Source: Bugula neritina
Lineage: Eukaryota; Animalia; Bryozoa
Direction of reading: 5' to 3'
NCBI GenBank assembly: GCA_964035545.1
Contig: OZ037766.1
Location: 25,656,339-25,720,338 of the forward strand
Length of the DNA stretch: 64,000 nt
A program made the position numbers and the translations under genes. Below the pieces are notes generated by a model that had not been told where the DNA came from, made no database searches, and was given only the letters and a program-made list of their open reading frames with translations. Below, piece by piece: positions 1 to 11,180 of this stretch (within the stretch, counting starts at the first letter, position 1; each line of letters opens with the position of its first letter).

Positions 1-984
1 GGAACTAAAGTTTGTGAAGACATCAAGTTTGAACCCAACTAATGCCTTATTGAAAGTAATAACTGGTGAAATGAGCTAATAAAATTTGGCCTTGTGCAAA
101 TGATTATTTTACTTGCAAGCAATTCGCAAGTTAGTCAACAAATTTGTTTATCAAACGACATTTTTAGTATCCTGTAAGAGTAGTAATTGGTTTGGTCAAA
201 AGCTAAAATTTACCTAAGGCATCTTACAATCCTACTACTTCATGCCTTTTGAAACAAGTCGACTATAATTGAGACTTTGTAAGATTTTTGTAATAATTGT
301 TCAGAAATACATCAGAACTAAGTGTGGTACTAATAAGACTTGAAGAGATTTTAAATATATTTTAGATTTATTGGACTCTGTAAATATAGAATGAATTAGT
401 GCAATACAAACATATAAAAGAATCAATTTGATGTGAGAAACAATATACAAGTCAGTCACTAAGCGATATCAATTCTATAAAAATCAATCATTAAAATAAA
501 AAGCAATGAAACTAAATTTAAAAGTGGCACTAAAAGTTTAACATCAACAAATTTTGTTATCAAGTCAACATGGAATTAATAAAAGTCAAACTTTACATCA
601 GTGAGATGGCAGAATACAGAATTGTGCCAGTATGATACAGTTATGGGAGTAGCATGAGTATATACAAGAACAAAGAAGTAGAATCTGTATATTGTAAGAA
701 CTCAACACCTGTTATTCACAGCTAAGTAAGGCAGGTTGGTGGAGCCAAAGCAAATCTAAGTGGAATGTGAACTGTTGAAATCTTCTCAAGAACTAAACAC
801 CAGGGCTGTGAAAGAATACCGAAAGCAATCTGAGTAAATGGATATGCAAGACATAATATATATACACTATATTATTATACAAGGCCGTTCATGACTGCGG
901 GCAAGTGCGTTTGGTCCAACGATTTTAGAAGTGGATTAAAGTTGTTGACGTAATGTGTAGGTGTGGTGATACCGGGTAGTCCAT

Positions 985-3761
985 TTAATCCGATTCCGCA
1001 TCACTATCATCATCTGATGGAACCGCCTCCTTTGCTTTCTTAGCAGCCGAGACTAAAATAGAAATATAATGATTATCATGCAACCATTGCAAAGAAAAAA
1101 ATGAGGCATTTGACTGATTGGGGGTCAAATATAAAAGTGAGTTTTTTAAACCCTGTATCTAATTTGCACGGTAAAACAAAGTTTTTGAGACAAATTTGAC
1201 AGTTCATATAATATAAGCTATACGTTTTCCCTGTCTGTCGAAACATATATAACATGCAAGTTGCAGCCTGAACTCATTAAAACTTGAAAACCAAAAATAA
1301 CAACCCCCCCTCCCGGCCTGCAATGTCAAACATGTTGAATGCCACCTCGACCATAGTCAAAGATGCAAATGACAAAATAATATCCAAAACATGCTGACCT
1401 CCTTTATTATATGCTGCCATCGCTTTCTCATATCTCACTTTATCAGCAGCAGCCTGGCCTTCATACTTAGTCTTGTCAGTGATCTATAATTCACCACACA
1501 GCCACATTATGGAACACAACAGTTATACGCAGCACACGTGGTAAAATTTCAGTCAATGTGTACAGAAAAGGCAGGTTCTAACAAACTAAACGTTACAACA
1601 CTGTCATCCGCAGATACAGTATCAATGCTACTTTTAGCACATCAGCTGAAAACTGTAATGTTTTAGTTGATGAGAATGTACGGCTTGAATCTGTTTATTG
1701 TAGGTGAAACAACTCCTAATGTTAATGAATGTACTGGGGCAGCTGTTGAAACTGGTTACATCAAGATATACAGGCATCTCTGTTTAATAAAGAAAATGTA
1801 AGGCAGTTCTTTATTCATGCTTACCTTCTCCCAGCGCTTGCCAAGTTCTTTGGCAATCTCTCCGACATTATAATCTGGGTGCTCAGCCTTGATGGAGGCC
1901 CTGAACTCACCACAGAAGAAAAAGAAGGCAGACCTGCAAATCAGGAGGGCTTGTATTAACATACTCTTATACAGCATTGTACAATACTGTATTACTGTAT
2001 TTATTGGGGTTCTATTCACAGGAATTCATAGATTCATACATCATACATAAAGTAGTGCAATTATATCACAGAAGTTAAACTCGACATAAAAAATTAGATT
2101 AAGCAACGAGTACCATTTCAACAGCTCATAGAAATGAAAGACCCCGAGGTAAAGACTTATAGAAGACAGAATGTTTGAACAAAACTGAACAACAGTTTAA
2201 TTTATGATTAAAATATGTCAAAAACGCAACTACGCTTTGGGGACTAATTTTGAATCCTGAAAATCTGCCAAAACGAATGAGATGTTCAACTTTATTTCGA
2301 ATGTCCTTGTTCTAAGCGTTATAATTTTTTCCTATCACGTTGAAAGATAAGGAGGTTGAGAGTCAACTGGTTTTTACACACCACATTATACTCAAAATAT
2401 CCCTTTTTAAATAAAACAATCCGCAATTCACCTAAGTTACAAATATACTTGATATGCAATAAAGACTTCTTTACTTTCAATACTTTATGTGCACCTAGTC
2501 ATAATCTGCCACAGAAAGTGATAAAACATGCCAATACTGTCAATAAACATGAATGGCCGAGGACAGGCATTCTATACCCACAGTGCTAAGTCCCTATCAG
2601 TGCCGTGGTATTACTGTAAATTGAAGTGAGTCAGATAACTCCCAATGACATTTGAACTCAAATTAAATTTGCTGAACACTTACAGGGCTCTTTTGGGGGC
2701 ATTGGGATCCTTTTTCTGTCTTTTTCTGGTTGATCCACCCTCACCTGCTGGTGGAATATATCCCGCCATTTCCCTTTGATATCTTGCCTTATCCTATTGT
2801 GCAAAACAAACATTTAATATAAACAATTTAAAACAGTTTCTAGTAGACATATCCCATATGAATAACAGGTAGAGTTATGACTTTCCCAAACACTACATGT
2901 TATGCAGAGCTTCAGATGCCATGGTATTGCACAATAATTACTTCTACCATGCAGTATAAAACAAAACTTCCACTGCAGCAGAAGTTATAAACTGAAAACC
3001 ACTAAAAGTGAAATTATAGTTCATCAAGTTATGTACAACTGCAAATTAAAATACATTTTGATTTTACTCAGGCGACAAAATTTTACAATTTTCAGGAAAA
3101 TTTCACTACTGACCTTTGCTGCTATGTCCTCAAACCTTTTCTTTTCCTTATCCTTCATCGATCTCCATCTTTCGGCACATTTCTTACTAAACTCAGCAAA
3201 GACAATCTGATCTTCTGGATGCTTCTTTTTGTGTTCATCTCTGCATACCTGCAACAAATAACAAGTCATTTAGATACAGCTATCTATATCCAATATTATG
3301 AAGGAGATCTTTAAAAATATAATTCATGATATTACATAGTAATACCACGTAAAATGATTATTGTGGCGAAAACGTGCATCGGTGCATATTTTTTGTCAAA
3401 TCAGCACCAAGTTTGCTGTAAGAGGACAAGTTATTGGGTCCATGGATTTAAATTATCTACATGGGTGGTGAAGTAAGAAATATCAATGTGAAATGCAATT
3501 TATAAGTTAGTTTTTTCAACAAATGAAGTGCATTCAACTACTAAGACACATAATTGTAAACCTAATCTAGAGAAACTTACTGCATGCAGTGTGACTATAT
3601 ATGTAACAAAAAGTAACAAATTTATTGAAAAATAAGTATGAAAAGAGAACGTGCAACTCTCCAGCAATGGTGGAAAGAGAACTAGAATCAACCATTACCT
3701 GTACAAAGGCACCATAAGATGTCATGGCACCTTTTGGTTTTGCTGGCTCTTTCTTAGACAT
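985..3761 (-). CDS. HMGB: High-mobility group box protein B (HMGB1/2/3-like; two HMG boxes plus short acidic tail), 189 aa, 6 coding exons
   Basis: Exons 3761-3699, 3248-3114, 2793-2684, 1933-1825, 1483-1399, 1052-985; all GT-AG and phase-compatible. Translation [52 protein letters not shown]...[30 protein letters not shown]...[11 protein letters not shown]...RYEKAMAAY...[10 protein letters not shown] matches HMGB box A and box B. Confidence 0.96.
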
Positions 3762-5784
3762 ACTAACAACATACACAATTGTAAGAGGTTAGATTTGAGC
3801 TAAAAGATGCCGCTACTGTTATTGGCACATTAAATACCTGAACAAAAGCCGCATAGGAGTTTAGGGCCCCCTTTGGCTTGTTATTGTCTCTTTTAGGAGG
3901 CATCTTGGACAACTACTCAACACCTGTTGAAAACAGGTTCCAAGACTTAGACTGAGTCCCAAGAGTGACTTATAACCTAAGCCTACCTGCAAATATGTTA
4001 CACAAGTATAATGATGATAATGAGCACAATGACTATGTGGGAAGATATAAATTTATTTACATTTAATGTTTAGGTGAACAATTTCACTCAACAAGTAATA
4101 GCTGGAGTTTGGTTATTTGCACATAGAGATTTTTGTGTTAAATTTCATGCTGTTTTAATCAAATACAGCAATCAAAGTATTGAAATATTTAGCTGACAGA
4201 CAACAACATATTTGCTAGTATAGTAGTGGGTATTAATCATATTTTCAATAAATCATGATTGAAATTTAATCTAATTACATTCCAATTGTAGCTCCTCACT
4301 ATAACTCAATGGTGATAGCTGAACTTATTCTGCATATTGCACTAGGTTGGCACCAAGTCAAACTTCTCATTTTGGTATAAATAATTTGAACTTTTCCAGA
4401 TTTTAAAACAACCTTAGATCTACCACCGAAGACTCCAACGTAAATGCAAGCACAACAATACAAATTTTAGTCAAGTATATATATGAATATTGGGTCCTTT
4501 GAGGCTAACAAAGTTATTAGGGTGATTTAATTGCCCTAATACTAACTTGAATACCGCAGTTGGAATTCTTTAGTGCCATGTTACAGTAGCAGTTGAAAAG
4601 TGCTTTTTAAAAGGGCCTATCCACATTAGGGCGTTGTGAAAAACACTTGCTGAAATGACCCATCAAAGACGGACAGACACACCGAGAGAGCAAAATTGAC
4701 AACTTAACATTCTTGCTGCGAAAGTTTGCGAATTCAATAGGGATAAAAAACATCTTTATTCTATTTCTGCTTTTACATACATGTTCCTATTTATTTTGTT
4801 GAATCAAACATCTACATGCTCAATAGACTTAATATATATAAAGTATTTTACTACCAAGTTCAATGTCAACTAGTAGAAAAATAATCCTAATAATGAAAAA
4901 TGCAGTTAATAGCAACAGACTTTAAGACAAATGTTAAGACAAATATTGATTATATTATGGTAAAATAAAATCACCAACATGTTATGATTTGAAAATGGCA
5001 ATTTTACTTGACATGTGTTACTAAAATTAGCTTAGCTAAAATGAAAGTAATAGTGAGAATAGTGATACTGATAGTTACTTACTTTTAGTAAGTAACTTAC
5101 TCTTAGTGATAGCTGTGATACTGCCAAACTCAATGTGAATGTGAAACTCAATGTGAATGTGAAACTGAACGTTTACAAAGGTACAACTACATTTACTCAT
5201 TTAGGACCACCGAATCTGATGCAGATGTCTGATAGTAAAACCATTTTTATTGCATTATTAGTATCTAAATTAATTATTTAATTGCATAATTTTAATGATT
5301 ATCATTATGATTAATATTAATAATATTATTAAATTTAATACAAAACTTACTCTAAGTTAAATAAAATTCAGATTAAAATAAATCATCAATACAATAGCAA
5401 CGCCAACTATTAAAATTTGATCAGAGAAGGTGAAACTTTAAAGTTTTATATCTATACTATATTAATAATAATTTCAATCAATATAATTTAGGTTTGAATT
5501 CAATTTTATGAAAAAAAAAAACATTTTTTTTTAATATTCCCCCGTAATGGCAGTGACTGACACTAACAGTAACACTAAGTCTGATGCAGTATGAGTATGC
5601 AAATTGCAACGTGATGCTGGTATATTACCTTCAACTATGTTGATTAGCGGACGGCGCGGCTTGTGGAAATTGCACTCCTAATAGTATTAATACCGTATTG
5701 TGTACACTAGATGCAGTATATTGCACACTATCAGCGTTCAATACTTCACAATACACAGCCAGTCTCCCAAGCAGTTGTACACGA

Positions 5785-5885
5785 ATGCATTGGTATCATT
5801 GAAGAACGCGCTCATTGGCTGCGCTGCGTATTTGCGGGAAATTCTACCCAATAAATTTGAAATAACCAAGAATCAGCCAATCAAC
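5785..5885. promoter_or_regulatory. Probable bidirectional core promoter of HMGB and SAP30 (CCAAT boxes, E2F-like site, CHR-like site)
   Basis: ATTGG at 5789 and 5814; CCAAT at 5848 and 5877; GCGGGAAA at 5834-5841; TTTGAA at 5856-5861; locally CpG-enriched; lies between the divergent genes. Candidate first-exon donors flank it (minus strand ~5628, plus strand ~5919). Confidence 0.6.
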
Positions 5886-6160
5886 ACCTTTATTCACTAC
5901 CGTCTGTATAACACAACCGTATGAGTTTGATACCACTTTGATAAAATGGCTCTTGTACTGGGAAAAATAAAAAATAAAACTTTTACTAAAAATTGTTTTT
6001 TTTTTCTTATTTTAGTAAAATAAAACAATATTAAGCTATATTTTATCCATGTTGTTTTTCTTAGTTTTTAATAATGGCTTTGAATTACATTGCGGTAATA
6101 TAGTTTATGACACCAAACTATACATAGGTATGCATAACATGATTGTTAGTTGAGCACACG

Positions 6161-6363
6161 GTGCTACAAGCAGCTTCAAGGTGGGGGTGACTGGGTGCAG
6201 TAGTTTGCGGCTCTCAAGTCTGGAGTGGGGCGTGCCAGAATCCAAATTTTACCTCTCAATTAACTGGTAAAGCTATTTCTAGCTGAGTAATACCCCTAAC
6301 TCAAACTTGAGAATTCTAAACTACTGCACTCATTTACCCCGAACTTGCAGCTGTTCGTAGAAC
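6161..6363. mobile_element. Foldback/MITE-like element with ~70-bp imperfect terminal inverted repeats
   Basis: Left arm ctacaagcagcttcaaggtgggggtgactgggtgcagtagtttgcggctctcaagt pairs with the reverse complement of the right arm (ctacgaacagctgcaagttcggggtaaatgagtgcagtagtttagaattctcaagt). A related arm recurs at ~23745-23802. Confidence 0.6.
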
Positions 6364-7908
6364 TATTCTAATCGAGCAGTTAAGGACAGCCTTAAAAAAT
6401 ATTCAATGATGCGAAGGTATGAAGGGTAGCGCCTGCTTTCCCGTTATTCAATTTACTTAACAGGCTGCGTGTCAAGGTTATATCATCAACGACATCAATT
6501 CTCATTTTCTTGGTTGTATTCTTTTAGTTTTACAGCCTGATCTTAGACTTATTAATATTACAAATATTAATAATACTTGTTGCCATGTATATAAAATTGA
6601 ACAGTCATAGTTATAGAATGCTACTGAAAGTTGCGACAAATCTATAAATACTTACGGTTTGCAACAGTTACTTGCAGCTCTAAATTTTAAATTTTGAGTA
6701 AAAATCAAACTGAAACTCATTTGGAAACCGAAATAGAAATGAAACTGAAAGTCAAAATCATTATCATCTCATTCCCATTGTCATTGTGATTGTTGATACT
6801 TTTACTCTTTTAGTTGTATACTTTTAATTTAATTAGTTATAGCTTGAGTTGGACTTAACGTGTTAAACTTGAAGTTGAAGTAAACGTTCAAGTTTCACTT
6901 AAGTTAAACTTAATAACTTATTCTTAAACTATTACTATAAGTCTATAACTATAAGTGACTTATATTTCATTATTTGTACTTCACTATCAGTATCAGTATG
7001 AGTATTATGAATTATAATATTATTTATTTATTTCTATTTTGTATTTTATACTTATAGTGATAGTTAAACTTATTCTTAGTGTTATAACTCTACTAAATTA
7101 ATATGATATAAATATTTGTATTGATTCATGGTAATTATTAGGATTATTTATATTATAACAAATAATTAAACCTAATATTTTTATTTTATAATTATATATT
7201 TATTTGTTGTGAATCATTATTATTATAGGATAATAAATAAATATAATTACAGTTGGCATTACAGTATCAGTATGTGTTACTAATTATTATTGGTAGTACT
7301 ATTAGTAATTACTACTAGTACTAGTACTAGTAATTATTAGATTAATAATTAAATATTTGATTTATTAATTACTTAGAATTATTCAAATTACTAATGATTT
7401 GTAAATTAGAGTTGGTATTTTTATTGTTAAGGTTGATGCTTTGGCTTGTAGTTGTTTAAGAATTTTCTGCCACTTATTCTCAGTTTTACTGACTTGCTCT
7501 TACTGCGATTACATAGCGCTTTGACTTTTACTTCACAATAATTAATAATTTTTCTTTGATTGAAAATACAAAATAAATCTCAAGTCACTATTTTTATAGG
7601 CTTAAATGAGTCTTTATCAAGTTTGAGATTCTTTCAGGTTTTTTTCTGTTAGTATAGTCATTCGTATAATAATATGTGATTATTATGAGGATATTCATGG
7701 TAAAACCTTAGTTACATATATTCTCAACTACATGTAAATATGGGTTTCCCAATTATATGTAATTATTCTCACTTTAGATTTTTAGCAACTAAAATGTGAA
7801 TATATTGAATAGAAAGTTTTGAAACATGAATTGCTTTCAAGAAATTATTTCAATATGTTGAAGTCACGTTCTAGTTTCTTTCAGGTCTGGTTATATCAAT
7901 TTACCATT

Positions 7909-10228
7909 ATGGTTATGGAAGATTCTCGGCCAGCTGATCTGGATGGTGCCACCACCGAGCAACTTTGTTGTCTTATAGACGACAGTAGACCATGCATGCG
8001 CCCCGCAGGAAATGCCAGTTACGGCAAGAAGATTCAAAAGACTGTTCAGCAGCGAAAACTGAAGTTAGAATTAAATGACAAGGTATTTTGGATGCATGAC
8101 TGAGTTGTTGGCGGTAATAATATTTAGGGTTTCTGAGAATTGGTACTCATTCAGTTGCTTTTCTTGACGAGATTGTTTATAGTCAACATTGATTTATTAC
8201 CTCAATATAGTTTTTGTATTTATTGTATAACATAATTTTTTTATGTTATATATATACATATTATGCATATACTGAACATGTGCATATATAAATATATGGA
8301 TGTATACATATATTATGCATACACCTACGCATATGCTATGAATACACATACAGAAGTACATATACATATACTATACATATTTGTATACATATACATGTGT
8401 TATACATATACATTCGATTTAACTATAGTAAAGTGATAGTTTGCTATTTCATAGTCTTATTTGTTATAAAACAATACGTGGTAAGAGAAATGTGTAAAAT
8501 GGGTTAAATTTTCAATTCACAGTTTTATGAAGATTTGTGATTTATTTATGTGGCTAGTCAGTGTGGTCAAGTTTCCCCCAAGATTTCTGGGAAACAGTTT
8601 ATTACAGTCTACATACCTCAAACAGATAATCATTTTATTATATAGATTAACCACTCATATATTTGTGATCACCACAAAGAAGTTATTCACTCTCTGCGAC
8701 AGATCAAGCCTAGAAAACGTCCTGGGAGTGACCGGGACAGTTCTCCTGAAGTACAAGCTAAACGTGGCAATAAAACAGATGTAAGCATACCAATCTATTT
8801 CATCATTTTTTATGTTAACTGTTCTGCCTACCAACAGGTGTTAAAATTTTCTCAGCTACAGTTTGTTGTGTATTGTGGCTCTGTAGTTCTATTTAAGTTT
8901 GCTAGAGAAATTGCGAAGAACTCATGATATTTTGCCTTTCAGTTGATTTGTTTTTCTTACTTTGAGAAGAGGTTTGACTTGTTTATGATTAGATGCAATC
9001 TACAGGTAGATTGTTGTTATAGGAATTTTTTTTAACTTGTCATCTTTAGAAGCTACGTCTCAACTAGAGACATATAAATTCAGAGTTATCTGCTCTAAGT
9101 GTAGGAGTGTATAACTCCTAATAAAATTGTTTCCCGTCGTTATGGGCTAAGAGAATAATTCTACATGGTTTCACCAGGTGAACTTTCTTCAAATGCCTGT
9201 AAACACTTTGAGGAGATATAAGAGACATTTCAAGTTGACCACCAAACCAGGAATCAGTAAAGCCCTGCTCTCTGATGTGAGTCCTACATATATCATAGTA
9301 TAATGTAATATTATGTAATGTAATATAATACAATATAATATGATGTAGTGTAATAATATAATGTAATATAACATAATGTAATGTGATAATATAATGTAAT
9401 ATAACATAATTTAATGCAATAATATAATGTAATAATATAATGTAAGAATGTAATGTAATATAATGTAATGTAATATAATGCAGTACTATAATATAATGTA
9501 ATATAATGCAGTACTATAATATAATGTAATATAATACAAAACTATAAGGTAATGTAGTATACTATATTGTAATGTAGCAGTATGACGTAATATAATATAA
9601 TACATGTAATCTAGTACAATACAATGTGTCATATAGCAGCAGCTACTTAAAGCACTTAGCTATGCTATTTTATCTTTAATTGTGAGAATTATGTTTATAA
9701 TAAAAAGTCTTTTGAGAGAAAAACTTTGGCTCAATTTCTGAATAAGGAAGTTTGGTAAAAAGTTAAACACCATTTTGCTAATGTGGTCATTCGTATGACT
9801 TTAGAAAGTTTGTTTAATTTACTGTATGACTCTCACACATGTCATGGTCCAATAGAATAGATGCTTTATGGCCTGCTTGAGCTCTAAATTTGTATTAATA
9901 CTAAATTCTGTTGTTGTTAAATTATTTCAATGAAAATAATATATAATATATATGTTGAACAGCTTAGTATAATATATACATTTACTGTGTTACCTATTTC
10001 TGTATGAACTGTTTTGCGCATTATTAAGGTATATAATTACTTTCAATGTTATAAAAATTTTCTGTGTCATGTTTTCAGGCTGTTCAACGGCATTTTAAAA
10101 GCATCCCTGTGAATGAGAAAGAAATTCTTGCATACTTCATGTACATGGTTAAACATAAAAAAAGTAAACTAGACACTGATACGGACACCCACACATCTCT
10201 CTCTAAGCCACTCAAGTTTCAGGAATGA
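7909..10228 (+). CDS. SAP30: Sin3A-associated protein SAP30/SAP30L homologue, 185 aa, 4 coding exons
   Basis: Exons 7909-8082, 8646-8780, 9178-9276, 10079-10228, all phase 0. Zinc-finger region QLCCLIDDSRPCMRPAGNASYGKKIQK...YICDHHK; Sin3-binding region VNFLQMPVNTLRRYKRHFKL...HFKSIPVNEKEILAYFMYMVK. AATAAA at ~10555. Confidence 0.96.
9297..9625. repeat. Degenerate (TAATG/TAATA)n pentanucleotide repeat in a SAP30 intron
   Basis: Runs such as taatgtaatataatgtaatg are directly visible; they explain the spurious Y/I/L/H-rich ORFs at 9118-9407. Confidence 0.85.
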
Positions 10229-11180
10229 CACTCTCGGGCTAAGAAATTCTTTTATCTGCTAATTTATAAGACTGTTGAACTTGAGTCTGTCTTTACACAC
10301 TGTTGTCTTATTGCTACTCAGTGATACGCTGCATATTTCACTTACTTTCTACTCTGCTGCTAATAAGCTGTTTTGGTTGTACATACATTGTAAGTTTCCA
10401 TGTTATGTTGGATGTTTTGAGTCTCACAAAGTGTAAGCAAAGTCTTCTATACTGCAAAAAACTGTTTTAATTTTTTTAAATCTACGTAATAGAGAAATTA
10501 GCTTTTTTGTACGCCGAAATTGTTTTACTTAAGTTTATTAAATTGAATGAAACTAATAAAATGTTAAAATGATTAACAGTGGGTATTTAGATATTTATCG
10601 AATTAGAAGATTTATCGCATATTATTCACTGAAGGTCTGTTATGGAGCGTGTAATGCAGTTGGTAAATGGGATGTTACGAAAATCATTTTCATATCTCAA
10701 ATCCATTCATTTTTGAATGCATGTCTGTCATTTGTAGTGAATTCATGCTTTACTTTGCTTCAGTGTTTATAGTGTGATGGTTTCATTGTCATGAATGATA
10801 TGCGCTGTTTGGCCACAGCTGATTTCAAGAAATTTGGCAAAAAGAATTTAGGATACCCTTGACTGAAAGAATAGGAACTGATCAAGTGAGCTTTTATTCA
10901 TCACACAGGGCTGTAGAAATTTATTTACACATGGCAGTAGCTATAAATGTGAAATAATAGCAGACACAATTTTTCTACAATACATCTGTTGCAAATTAAA
11001 AAGAATAATAATATAAAATATCAAGATAATTATCTTGATTGCAACAAAAAATTTTACAATAATTATTAATTAACTATAATCTAAAGTAACTTATTTCAAT
11101 AATATATATAACAATAAAAAGTATAACATAGTAATAATAATATGGTTTTGATTGACTATTTTATATAAGGACGCTCATGT

